A DNA stretch of 26,196 bases from Methanothermococcus sp. SCGC AD-155-E23. GTDB taxonomy: Archaea; AGJL01; Methanococci; Methanococcales; Methanococcaceae. The position numbers and the translations under genes were made by a program. Location of the stretch: assembly GCA_019561615.1 (NCBI GenBank), contig JAHEQA010000025.1, positions 1 through 26,196 on the forward strand. Reading direction: 5' to 3'. This document shows positions 1-8,522 of the stretch, piece by piece. Below the pieces are notes generated by a model. It searched no databases, was not told the DNA's origin, and was given only the letters and a program-made list of their open reading frames with translations. How positions within the stretch are numbered: position 1 is the stretch's first letter; each line of letters opens with the position of its first letter.

Positions 1-253
1 GGAGTTCCTTTGCAAACTCCATCATCTTAACAGTTTGTGCAAAGATCTTAGCCTGGTTAACTGTTAAGGTCCTCTCCTTCTCCTTTCCCAGGAGTACAAA
101 GGTACCCTTCTCCTTGTCAAATTTTGCATTACTTAAACTTCTAATAGGTATCTTAAGTTTTGGTCTCTTACCCTTTAATATAAGGTCGTACATGGTGTTG
201 GCAACTTCTATAATCTTCTTTTTAGCTCTCTCTCTAGCCTTGGAGGATATCAT
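1..253 (-). CDS. top6A: DNA topoisomerase VI subunit A, N-terminal part (runs off the left edge of the window)
   Basis: Not in the ORF track; translated by hand from ATG at 253: MISSKARERAKKKIIEVANTMYDLILKGKRPKLKIPIRSLSNAKFDKEKGTFVLLGKEKERTLTVNQAKIFAQTVKMMEFAKEL. The P-x-R-S-L-S-N...ERTL...FAQ pattern is typical of the Top6A N-terminus. A GGTGA RBS lies upstream, and the divergent position next to ftsZ matches Methanococcales synteny. Confidence 0.88.
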   Translation of the reverse strand, partial: MISSKARERAKKKIIEVANTMYDLILKGKRPKLKIPIRSLSNAKFDKEKGTFVLLGKEKERTLTVNQAKIFAQTVKMMEFAKEL

Positions 254-356
254 AGATCTCACCCCATAAGTATAAAAATGCTTTTTACATTAACAATAAA
301 TATCATTTTTCACAATTTATAAAGATAATTCCAACAAATTAAAAGGGGGTAAGACT
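254..356. promoter_or_regulatory. Divergent top6A/ftsZ promoter region
   Basis: AT-rich intergenic region with a palindromic TATA-like TTTATAAA at 316-323 and a GGGGGT RBS at 345-350 before the ftsZ TTG. Confidence 0.55.
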
Positions 357-1454
357 TTGAAGTTTTTAAAGAGTATTGTGGAAGAGGACGTTGAATCCCT
401 TGAAGAAGAAAATATGGAGTTATCTGAGAAAGATAAGGAACTCTTAAAGTATATCGAGATGGCTAAAATCAACATTACCGTTGTAGGTTGTGGTGGTGCA
501 GGGAACAACGCCCTAAACAGACTTGCAAAGGAGGATATAAAGGGGATAAAGACTGTGGCCATAAATACTGACGCCCAGCAACTTCTTAAGACCAAGGCAG
601 ATGTAAAGGTACTTATAGGTAAGAACCTTACAAGGGGACTTGGTGCAGGTGGAGATCCTGTGAAGGGTGAGGAGGCTGCCAAGGAAAATGCAGAGGATAT
701 TAAGAAGGCTATCCAGGGCTCTGATATGGTATTTATAACCTGTGGGTTGGGAGGAGGTACTGGGACAGGTGCTGCTCCCGTGGTGGCAGAGATAGCAAGG
801 AAGCTAGGGGCCTTAACTGTTGCAGTGGTTACCCTGCCCTTCTCCATGGAGGGGAAGATAAGGATGAACAACGCTATAAAGGGTCTGGAGAAGTTGAAGA
901 AGGTGGCTGACACTATAGTTATAATACCCAACGACAAACTCCTGGAGATAGTCCCCAATGTACCCCTGAGGGTGGCATTTAAGGTGGCAGATGAGGTTCT
1001 CATCAACGCTGTAAAGGGAATGATAGATCTTGTACAGAACGTGGGAGAGATTCACCTGGACTTTGCAGATGTTAGGGCTGTGATGAGCAACGGTGGAATA
1101 GCCATGATAGGGATAGGGGAGAGTGACTCGGAGAACAGGGCCAAGGAGGCAGTTAACATGGCACTGAATAGCCCCCTCCTCTGTGTAGACGTTGACGGGG
1201 CCAAGGGTGCACTTATACACATTACAGGACCTAAGGATATGAGTGTAGAGGAGGCCAGGGAGATCGTCTCAACAGTTACCGAGAGGCTGGATGAGAACGC
1301 CGTTATAATCTGGGGTACCACAATAGATGAAAATGAGGAGAGCACCATTAGGGTACTACTTATAATCACAGGTACTAAGACCAAGGAGATAACACCATTT
1401 AACACCCCAAAGGGTAAGAAACCTATAGTTGTAGACATACTGCCAAGTATATAA
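357..1454 (+). CDS. ftsZ: Cell division protein FtsZ (FtsZ1 type)
   Basis: GCGGAGNN, AINTDAQQL, tubulin signature GLGGGTGTG and LDFADV T7-loop region. TTG start with RBS, and linkage to secE-spt5-rpl11. Confidence 0.98.
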   Translation: MKFLKSIVEEDVESLEEENMELSEKDKELLKYIEMAKINITVVGCGGAGNNALNRLAKEDIKGIKTVAINTDAQQLLKTKADVKVLIGKNLTRGLGAGGDPVKGEEAAKENAEDIKKAIQGSDMVFITCGLGGGTGTGAAPVVAEIARKLGALTVAVVTLPFSMEGKIRMNNAIKGLEKLKKVADTIVIIPNDKLLEIVPNVPLRVAFKVADEVLINAVKGMIDLVQNVGEIHLDFADVRAVMSNGGIAMIGIGESDSENRAKEAVNMALNSPLLCVDVDGAKGALIHITGPKDMSVEEAREIVSTVTERLDENAVIIWGTTIDENEESTIRVLLIITGTKTKEITPFNTPKGKKPIVVDILPSI

Positions 1455-1465
1455 GGAGTGATAAC

Positions 1466-1699
1466 GTGGAGGACAGAAGAGATGGAGAGAGGCTATCCCA
1501 GATATGGAGGAAAGTTGAGGAGTTGAAGGCCTTCCTCCATCAGTGTAAAAGGGTACTGATGGTACTGAGGAAACCTACCTTGGAGGAGTATTTAAACGTT
1601 GCAAAGGTTACAGGTCTGGGGATATGCTTCCTGGGAACGCTGGGCTATATCATCCACGTGCCAATAGTGTATCTGAAGGGGTTGATTAGAGGCAGGTAG
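1466..1699 (+). CDS. secE: Protein translocase subunit SecE (Sec61 gamma)
   Basis: RVLMVLRKPTLEEY motif followed by one TM helix (VAKVTGLGICFLGTLGYIIHVP). GGAGTGA RBS, and conserved position between ftsZ and spt5. Confidence 0.95.
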   Translation: MEDRRDGERLSQIWRKVEELKAFLHQCKRVLMVLRKPTLEEYLNVAKVTGLGICFLGTLGYIIHVPIVYLKGLIRGR

Positions 1700-1796
1700 T
1701 AAATTATTTATATCAATTTATTAAAAATTTTTAGAGTTCTTTTAATTTATACCTTATTTTTTGCCCTTTTTTAATACTTTTTTTGTGGTGGTTATT

Positions 1797-2237
1797 ATGA
1801 TATATGCAGTTAGAACTATAGCAGGTCAGGAGAAAAATGTCGCTGAATTTTTAGCATCCAAGGCTGAGAAGGAGAAGATAGACATATACTCCATACTGGC
1901 CACTGAGGACTTAAAGGGCTACGTGTTGGTAGAGGCTCCAAATAGAGGTGCAGTGGAGGAGTTGGTAAGGAGGACATACAAGGTTAGGGGGATAGTACCT
2001 GGAGAGGCTACAGTAGATGAACTGGAGCACCTGCTGTCACCACATAAGATAATAGAGAACATAGAGAAGGGGGACATTGTGGAGTTGATAGCAGGACCCT
2101 TTAAAGGTGAGAGGGGTAGGGTTATAAGGGTGGATAAACATAAGGAGGAGGTAACACTGGAGTTGATAGATGCGGCAGTCCCCATACCTGTGACAGTTGG
2201 TGTGGAGCAGGTGAAGATCGTCTCAAAGAGCACCTGA
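1797..2237 (+). CDS. spt5: Transcription elongation factor Spt5 (NusG family)
   Basis: NGN domain (IYAVRTIAGQEKNVA, LKGYVLVEA) and KOW motif (GDIVELIAGPFKGERG). Start moved to ATG 1797, which has a GGTGG RBS; the longer ORF start lies in T-rich intergenic sequence. Confidence 0.97.
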   Translation: MIYAVRTIAGQEKNVAEFLASKAEKEKIDIYSILATEDLKGYVLVEAPNRGAVEELVRRTYKVRGIVPGEATVDELEHLLSPHKIIENIEKGDIVELIAGPFKGERGRVIRVDKHKEEVTLELIDAAVPIPVTVGVEQVKIVSKST

Positions 2238-2299
2238 TTAACGTAAATTTTAAATAGAGAGGAAATTTATCAAGGATTACAAATTTAAAAGGTGAGAAA

Positions 2300-2788
2300 A
2301 TGGGTACTGAGGTAGTAGAGGTACTGGTAACTGGAGGTAGAGCTACAGCGGGACCACCTCTTGGCCCAGCTATAGGACCCCTAGGTATAAATGTTATGAA
2401 GGTAGTGAAGGAGATCAACGAGAAGACAAAGGCCTACGAGGGGATGAGTGTTCCAGTTAAGATCATTGTAAATACCGAGGATAAGACCTTCAAGATAGAG
2501 GTTGGTATCCCTCCAACCTCAGCACTTATAAAGAAGGAGTTAAACATTGAGAAGGGTTCCTCAGAACCTAAACATAAGATAGTAGGTAACCTTACCATGG
2601 AGCAGGCTGTGAAGATTGCCAAGATGAAGAAGGACTCCATGCTCTCCTATACCTTGAAAAACGCCACAAAAGAGGTAGTAGGGACCTGTGTATCCATGGG
2701 GGTTACAGTGGATGGGAAGGACCCAAAAGAAGTAATAAAGTTAATAGATAAGGGGGAGTACGACCAGTACTTCAAGGAGGATAATTAA
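2300..2788 (+). CDS. rpl11: 50S ribosomal protein L11 (uL11)
   Basis: [18 protein letters not shown] motif, PPTSALIKK and [17 protein letters not shown]. Confidence 0.98.
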   Translation: MGTEVVEVLVTGGRATAGPPLGPAIGPLGINVMKVVKEINEKTKAYEGMSVPVKIIVNTEDKTFKIEVGIPPTSALIKKELNIEKGSSEPKHKIVGNLTMEQAVKIAKMKKDSMLSYTLKNATKEVVGTCVSMGVTVDGKDPKEVIKLIDKGEYDQYFKEDN

Positions 2789-3522
2789 CCTCTTAACTCT
2801 TTTTCCAGGTAGTACTTGGCTATCGCCCTAGAGAACATTATCCAGAGTCCAAAGATTATCACACTAATTACTAGAGTACTAAGTAGGAAACACAAGATAC
2901 CCAGGGGTAGTATAAGGAAGAAAACAAACAGTGAGATAGTGGCCATTAGATAGAAGACTACAACTATCCCTATCTCCCATAGAGTATACAACGCTATTAT
3001 CCCCAGGTACTCAGGGGAGATCTTCTTAAATACTTCCTCAAAGTCAAAGAATCCAAAGAATCCTTTTTTTACCAAGTTCACAGTTGCAAGGGGGGTATAT
3101 ATCATAAGTGCTATCAACACTACAAGTATATAGAGGAGTGCCACCATTATCCACTGGAAGGACAGGTTTCCCATTGCAAGGAGTAAGATGAGGGGCAGGT
3201 ATATCACTAACAACAGTATAAGAAGTGCACCAACACACAGAGCTCCATCTATCAGTATCTCCCCAATGTTACTCCAATCAGGTAAGATATCAAGCCCTTC
3301 AAGGGTATTTTTTATCACACCTATGTAGTACCCTATTATCACTATACTAACAACAAGGTCTATTATAATAGTGGGGATTATTGAAAAGGGTCCTAAAAGT
3401 AATGGAAGTGTCCAATCTAAAGTTAGATTGAAAAACAACAGTAGACCTCCAATCACCACCTTCAACCAATCTGAGGTAGTATATCTCAAGGGTTCTAATA
3501 TATACTTCTCTACAAAGGACAT
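2785..3522 (-). CDS. DUF4013-like integral membrane protein, array copy 1
   Basis: Multi-TM protein with [10 protein letters not shown]...LPDWSN and [18 protein letters not shown], matching the DUF4013 pattern (GY...LP-x-W; P-A-x-x-N...F). Paralog of the next three ORFs. Confidence 0.8.
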   Translation of the reverse strand: MSFVEKYILEPLRYTTSDWLKVVIGGLLLFFNLTLDWTLPLLLGPFSIIPTIIIDLVVSIVIIGYYIGVIKNTLEGLDILPDWSNIGEILIDGALCVGALLILLLVIYLPLILLLAMGNLSFQWIMVALLYILVVLIALMIYTPLATVNLVKKGFFGFFDFEEVFKKISPEYLGIIALYTLWEIGIVVVFYLMATISLFVFFLILPLGILCFLLSTLVISVIIFGLWIMFSRAIAKYYLEKELRG

Positions 3523-3541
3523 GGTATCACAAAATTAATTT

Positions 3542-4324
3542 TTATCCCCTTTCTAGGTAGTACTTAGCCACTGCTCTAAAGAACATAATTTCCAGTATAA
3601 AAGATAGTGCACTGCTAAACATATAAAAAATCAGCTCACCTATAATAGGTATAACTGCTATAATCCATAAAATCAACCCTACAATACACTTTATTACCAA
3701 ATATAGTACCAGTATCCCTAGGTACTCAAGGGAGAACCTCTTAAGTATCTCTACTACTTCAAAGAATCCAAAGAATCCTTTTTTAGCAAAGTTCACCGTT
3801 GCAAGGGGAAGGTATATCCAAAGTACTATAATTGCTATAACTCCATATAGAAACAACAGTATTATAATGGTAGATATAAGTGTAATTACACTCCACAAGT
3901 CACTGTACGTTGTATAACTTCCAGATGTTGCCAGTATGGGATATACCCCTATGATGAAAAGTAAAATAGCTGGTAAACATGCTATTAACAACAGTATAAG
4001 ACCTGCAACTATATATAAAAGCCCGTCAATCAAGATCCTAACAATGTTACTCCAGTCAGGTAGTGTATCAAGCCCTTCAAGGGTGTTTCTTATCACCCCT
4101 ATGTAGTATCCAGCAAGGATTATGGAGACTAGGAGAGAGAGTAATATTACTATACCCCATAAAAATAGGGGTAGGAGAAGATTTAGTTGTGCATATAATG
4201 TAATAAATGCAATAATGGATATAACCATGGGTAAAATCGACAGTAAAATACCAATCAACACCTTTGACCAATCTGAGGAGACATATTCAAAAGGCTCTAT
4301 TAAATATTTCTCTATGAAGGACAT
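3542..4324 (-). CDS. DUF4013-like integral membrane protein, array copy 2
   Basis: Same blocks as the other copies: [44 protein letters not shown] and RAVAKYY. Confidence 0.8.
   Translation of the reverse strand: MSFIEKYLIEPFEYVSSDWSKVLIGILLSILPMVISIIAFITLYAQLNLLLPLFLWGIVILLSLLVSIILAGYYIGVIRNTLEGLDTLPDWSNIVRILIDGLLYIVAGLILLLIACLPAILLFIIGVYPILATSGSYTTYSDLWSVITLISTIIILLFLYGVIAIIVLWIYLPLATVNFAKKGFFGFFEVVEILKRFSLEYLGILVLYLVIKCIVGLILWIIAVIPIIGELIFYMFSSALSFILEIMFFRAVAKYYLERG
3753..3808. repeat. 56-bp identical block, copy in paralog 2
   Basis: actacttcaaagaatccaaagaatccttttttagcaaagttcaccgttgcaagggg is identical at 3753-3808, 4570-4625 and 5441-5496. A degenerate copy lies near 3045-3093. Confidence 0.93.
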
Positions 4325-4343
4325 GGTATCCCTTTTTTATTTT

Positions 4344-5141
4344 TTAATAATGCCTCCCTTCTTTCTCCATGAAGTACTTAGTCACTGCTCTAAAGAAGGC
4401 TATAGAGTATATAACGGAGAATATGTAGAAGTATACATTGGATATGGCTGTACCTATAACTGGTATAATTCCAATAACCCATAGAATCAGGACTACAGTA
4501 AAGTATACTATGGAATACAGTATCAATATTGTTATATAGCCAAGGGAGATTTTCTTTTTAAGTATATCCACTACTTCAAAGAATCCAAAGAATCCTTTTT
4601 TAGCAAAGTTCACCGTTGCAAGGGGAAGGTACACCCAGAGTATTGTAGTAGCCATGATCATATAGATAAGTACTACTACTGTTAATATTAAGAAGCTTGA
4701 CAGGAGATAGGTGTATAGGTAACTTATATCCCCTGCTACTGTAAGGTAACTTATATCCCCTCCAATGGTAAGAGAAGAACCTATTGTGGAGATCAGGATA
4801 GCGGGGAAGAATACCAATATAGTCAATATAAACAGTGCAAGGAAGTATAAAATTCCATCCTTTACAATCTCCCCAAAGTTACTCCAGTTAGGTAGGGTAT
4901 TAAGCCCGTTAAGGGTGTTTTTTATTACACCTATATAGTATCCCAGTACAATCATACGGACAAAGAGATTTATTAACAGTATTAAAAGGAATACAGAAGA
5001 ACCTAACTTTATAAACAGTAAAATCAACAGTAAGCAAATAATATCGTTAAAAACCAAGAGTAATATAGCAGTCAACAGCTTCAGCCCATCTGAGAAGGTA
5101 TATCTCAGGGGTTCTACTATATACTTCTCTATAAAGGACAT
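4344..5141 (-). CDS. DUF4013-like integral membrane protein, array copy 3
   Basis: Same conserved blocks, an AGGTGA RBS and an internal GDISYL duplication. Confidence 0.8.
   Translation of the reverse strand: MSFIEKYIVEPLRYTFSDGLKLLTAILLLVFNDIICLLLILLFIKLGSSVFLLILLINLFVRMIVLGYYIGVIKNTLNGLNTLPNWSNFGEIVKDGILYFLALFILTILVFFPAILISTIGSSLTIGGDISYLTVAGDISYLYTYLLSSFLILTVVVLIYMIMATTILWVYLPLATVNFAKKGFFGFFEVVDILKKKISLGYITILILYSIVYFTVVLILWVIGIIPVIGTAISNVYFYIFSVIYSIAFFRAVTKYFMEKEGRHY
4570..4625. repeat. 56-bp identical block, copy in paralog 3
   Basis: Direct base-by-base comparison with 3753-3808 and 5441-5496. Confidence 0.93.
4717..4761. repeat. In-frame direct repeat, 18-bp unit at 27-bp period
   Basis: aggtaacttatatcccct at 4717-4734 and 4744-4761, encoding GDISYL twice in paralog 3. 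Confidence 0.9.
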
Positions 5142-5200
5142 GGAGTGTCACCTTTTTCTGTTTTAATTAACCCTTTTATTCCCCCTATATATATCTTTAC
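5142..5200 (-). promoter_or_regulatory. Putative internal promoter for array copies 3-2-1
   Basis: On the minus strand, purine-rich GTAAAGA is followed by TATATATA (5193-5186), then AGGTGA before ATG 5141. This is the longest spacer in the array. Confidence 0.5.
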
Positions 5201-5994
5201 TCTCTTTCCCGGTAGTACTTAGCCACTGCCCTGTTGAACATTACTTCTAATATAAAGCCTAGTACTGGTCCAATTATAACAACTAGTGGGATTACAAGTA
5301 ATAGAACTAGTATATTGACAAAGGGTATAAGCATAAGGATAGCTAGGCAAATACCTATAGGCAGTGAGATTATAATAGGTAATATTTTGTATAACACCCA
5401 TATAACTAAGTACTCAAGGGAGAACCTCTTAAGTATATCCACTACTTCAAAGAATCCAAAGAATCCTTTTTTAGCAAAGTTCACCGTTGCAAGGGGGACA
5501 CATATCCAGAACACTATAAGTATCACCACCATATAGATCACTAGTCCCCCTAATATAAATAAAGATAGAAGTACTATCCAGGGGATAGAGGAGGACAGGT
5601 CTCTAAATATGGTTAGCAGTATGAACCCAATGAGGATAACAGGGAGGGCGAATATCAACGTATATAAAAACAGTGCAATACTGTAAGCAATTTTATACAG
5701 CAATCCATCAATCAAGATCCTAACAATGTTAAACCAGCTAGGTAATGTATCTAGACCTTTAAGGGTGTTTCTTATCACCTCTATATAGTAGCCGGCAAGG
5801 GGAATGGTAAAAATTATATTCAATAAAAGTATAAAAACAAGGGAAAAAGGTCCGAAGAATAGTGAAAGTATCCCATCTACAATTAGACTTATAACGTAAT
5901 AGAGAAACAACAGTGAAACACCGATTAATATTTTTAACCAATCTGACGTGGCGTATTTAAAGGGTTCTACCACATACTTCTCTATGAAGGACAA
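5197..5994 (-). CDS. DUF4013-like integral membrane protein, array copy 4
   Basis: Same conserved blocks. Start placed at TTG 5994 because it aligns with MSFIEKY of the paralogs and follows AGGTGA at 6004-5999. The alternative is ATG 6009. Confidence 0.78.
   Translation of the reverse strand: MSFIEKYVVEPFKYATSDWLKILIGVSLLFLYYVISLIVDGILSLFFGPFSLVFILLLNIIFTIPLAGYYIEVIRNTLKGLDTLPSWFNIVRILIDGLLYKIAYSIALFLYTLIFALPVILIGFILLTIFRDLSSSIPWIVLLSLFILGGLVIYMVVILIVFWICVPLATVNFAKKGFFGFFEVVDILKRFSLEYLVIWVLYKILPIIISLPIGICLAILMLIPFVNILVLLLVIPLVVIIGPVLGFILEVMFNRAVAKYYRERE
5441..5496. repeat. 56-bp identical block, copy in paralog 4
   Basis: Direct base-by-base comparison with 3753-3808 and 4570-4625. Confidence 0.93.
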
Positions 5995-6017
5995 GATATC
6001 ACCTGCCATTAATTGGA

Positions 6018-7175
6018 TTACCTCTTTTTACACTGAGCAAGGGCTTCAATAAATTTATCTATGTGCTCCCTGGTAATATGGGGCATCACCACAACCCTCA
6101 GGGCCTCTACACATCTACAGGTGGAGAGGTACCACCCCACCTCCCTAAGTTTTAGGGAGGTGTCTACAGGATCCTCATCCCTTATTGCCACAATATTTAG
6201 AACAGGATCTATCACACTTTCAAAGCTGTACTCCTTCATCTTCTTAAGTAAATAGTAGGTGTTCTCCATACACTGGGATACTACCCTTCTATATCCCTCA
6301 GGACCTAGGAGTCTCATTATAGCCCAGGTTGCAGCCACTCCAAAACCTGGTCTAGTTCCAACAAGTGTAGCCTGGGAGGTCTCTGTTAGATAGGGTGCCT
6401 CCACCTCCAGGTATCTTTTAAAAGAGGTGTCTCTAAACACTATACCTCCTGCAGGGATAGGTGCAAGACCCATCTTATGAGGATCTATGGTAATGGAGAA
6501 TACATTATCCAGTGAGAAGTCAAAGATATAGTTGTATCCCTCTAACCTGTATCTCTCTTCTAAAAAGGGTATAACAAAACCTCCAAATGCCCCATCTACA
6601 TGGATGTATATATTGTACTCCCTGGCTACCTTGGAGATCTCGGGAATGTTATCTATGGTACCAAGTTCAGTGGAACCTGCTATAGCCACTATACCATCTA
6701 CATCTTCCCCTTTTTCTTCTATGTAATCCCTTAGGTACTTTACATCCATGATGTACCTTTTATCCAGGGGTATTTTCTCATATTTTAAATCCATCATCTC
6801 CCTAGCCTTCTCAAAGGAGAAGTGGGCACTTTCTGGTATGAGGATATTTATCTCCTTTTTCCCCCTCTCCCTGGCCATCTTTTTTACCACTCTCATGGCA
6901 GTTATATTGGCCTCTGTCCCTCCAGAGATGATATAACCAAAGGGGTTTCTGTTGTGGAGCATCTCCCCTATCATCTTGATAACTTCCTCCTCCAACATCT
7001 TAGTCCCTGGGAAGAGGCCAGGATCTCCAAGGTTTGTCTCAAGGAAGATCTCAAGGACTTTCCTGGAGATGGGATGGGGCTTAGTACACATGGATCCTAA
7101 TATCCTTCCATCCTCGTACTTTAAATCCCTCTCTCTGTATCTTCTTAACTCCTCCAAAACCTCTCTCTCCCTCAT
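6018..7175 (-). CDS. mfnA: L-tyrosine/L-aspartate decarboxylase (PLP group II; methanofuran and CoA biosynthesis)
   Basis: ILGSMCT-x-[29 protein letters not shown] and PLP lysine in DPHKMG. Start placed at ATG 7175 to avoid overlap with gatA. Confidence 0.95.
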   Translation of the reverse strand: MREREVLEELRRYRERDLKYEDGRILGSMCTKPHPISRKVLEIFLETNLGDPGLFPGTKMLEEEVIKMIGEMLHNRNPFGYIISGGTEANITAMRVVKKMARERGKKEINILIPESAHFSFEKAREMMDLKYEKIPLDKRYIMDVKYLRDYIEEKGEDVDGIVAIAGSTELGTIDNIPEISKVAREYNIYIHVDGAFGGFVIPFLEERYRLEGYNYIFDFSLDNVFSITIDPHKMGLAPIPAGGIVFRDTSFKRYLEVEAPYLTETSQATLVGTRPGFGVAATWAIMRLLGPEGYRRVVSQCMENTYYLLKKMKEYSFESVIDPVLNIVAIRDEDPVDTSLKLREVGWYLSTCRCVEALRVVVMPHITREHIDKFIEALAQCKKR

Positions 7176-7182
7176 ACTTCCC

Positions 7183-8493
7183 CTAAAAGTTCTCCTCAAA
7201 ACCTATCATAATATTCAATACCTTCTCGTCCTCAAAGGGCTTCCCCATTATCTGTAATCCCACAGGTATACCATTTATCTCTCCACATCTAACAACTCCT
7301 GCGCACATGCCACAGAGGTTTGCAGGTACTGTGAGGACGTCGTAGGCGTACATCTCCATAGGGGTAAGTTTCTCCCCTATTTTATGGGGGAGTTTAGGTA
7401 CTGTAGGGGATACTATGGCATCTACATCCTTAAAGAGTTTCAACATCTCCCTCTTCATCATTCTCCTGGCCTGTAGTGCCCTCTTGTAATACTTCCCACT
7501 GTACTCCTTTTTACTTATATGTCTCCCTATCATTATCCTTCTAAGTACCTCCTCTCCACATACCTCCTCTATTGGATATCCATACCTTCTACCGTCGTAC
7601 CTCCTTGTTGCAGAGAAGAACTCCACGTAGTTTATAAGGTAGTAGGTGGGAAGTGCAAGATCTATGTACCTGTAACTTAACTCCACCACCTCCCAGTTAA
7701 GATCCCTGAAGACCTCTATAGCCCTCTCAACCCTTTCCCTTATCCTCTCATCACTAACCTCCATGAACTCCTTAATTACACCTATTTTGAAATTTTTCAT
7801 CTCCTCTTCATCCCACACCTTAAACTCTGGGGTATCTACAGTGGTACTGTCTGAGAAGTCCCTCCCCTTTATTATATTGGTAAGTAGTAGGGCATCCCTG
7901 GCACTCCCTGTCAAGGGTCCTATCTGGTCAAAACTCATGGCCAGGTCACAGAGCCCCTGCCTACTTACAACGCCATAGGAGGGTTTAAATCCAACAACTC
8001 CACAGTGGGAGGCTGGGTTTCTTATACTCCCCCCTGTATCACTACCTAGTGCCATATCACAGAGGTGGGCAGATACTGCAGCTGCACTTCCTGAACTACT
8101 TCCCCCAGGTATCCTGTCCTCAGCCCTTGGGTTCTTTGTAGGTCCATAGTAGGACGTCTCCCCACTACTTCCACATGCAAACTCATCCATATTTGTCATA
8201 CCTATTATCAAGCCCCCCTGGGATTTAATCCTTTTAATTACAGTGGCATCGTAGGGACTTATATAGTTCTCCAGGGTCTTGGAGGCACAGGATACTAAAT
8301 ACCCCTTGACGTTTATATTGGATTTCACTGCGATAACCTTTCCATATAGAGGCCTCTTCTTCAATTTCTCATTTTTTTCTAAATTTTCAGCCTCTTTAAG
8401 AACCCTCTCCCTGTCCACATGTATATAGGCGTTTATACTAGACCTCTCTATCCTCTCAAGGTACTCCTGAACCTTCTCTACGATATGGCCCAT
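7183..8493 (-). CDS. gatA: Glutamyl/aspartyl-tRNA amidotransferase subunit A
   Basis: Amidase signature [31 protein letters not shown] and [13 protein letters not shown] 8493 follows AAGGTGG (alternative GTG 8502). Confidence 0.96.
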   Translation of the reverse strand: MGHIVEKVQEYLERIERSSINAYIHVDRERVLKEAENLEKNEKLKKRPLYGKVIAVKSNINVKGYLVSCASKTLENYISPYDATVIKRIKSQGGLIIGMTNMDEFACGSSGETSYYGPTKNPRAEDRIPGGSSSGSAAAVSAHLCDMALGSDTGGSIRNPASHCGVVGFKPSYGVVSRQGLCDLAMSFDQIGPLTGSARDALLLTNIIKGRDFSDSTTVDTPEFKVWDEEEMKNFKIGVIKEFMEVSDERIRERVERAIEVFRDLNWEVVELSYRYIDLALPTYYLINYVEFFSATRRYDGRRYGYPIEEVCGEEVLRRIMIGRHISKKEYSGKYYKRALQARRMMKREMLKLFKDVDAIVSPTVPKLPHKIGEKLTPMEMYAYDVLTVPANLCGMCAGVVRCGEINGIPVGLQIMGKPFEDEKVLNIMIGFEENF

Positions 8494-8502
8494 CCTATCC
8501 AC

Positions 8503-8522
8503 CTTAAAAAAAAAAATAAAGG
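8503..8522 (-). terminator. Oligo-T tract after pycA (possible archaeal terminator)
   Basis: A11 at 8506-8516 on the plus strand, i.e. T11 on the coding strand just after the pycA stop. Confidence 0.45.

Noticed and set aside
317-1438. Long antisense ORFs opposite ftsZ (229, 135 and 128 aa)
   Set aside because: Shadow ORFs of a conserved gene, with Ser/Pro/Thr-rich mirror composition and no recognisable motifs.
1700-1796. Long T-rich spacer between secE and spt5 as an ncRNA or an N-terminal extension of Spt5
   Set aside because: Low-complexity AT sequence without GC stems, best explained as terminator/promoter DNA. The spacer at 18108-18184 is similar.
2300-2788. rpl11 not followed by rpl1-rpl10-rpl12
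   Set aside because: Separation of rpl11 from the L1 operon is the known arrangement in Methanococcales.
3064-3070. T7 versus T6 tract in array copy 1 as a phase-variation frameshift
   Set aside because: It is a substitution (NLVKKG vs NFAKKG), and all four frames are intact.
3040-5500. Repeated blocks as a CRISPR array or a diversity-generating retroelement TR/VR pair
   Set aside because: The repeats are about 800-870 bp apart and in-frame inside paralogous genes. There is no cas gene, reverse transcriptase or recombinase in the window, and mismatches are not adenine-specific.
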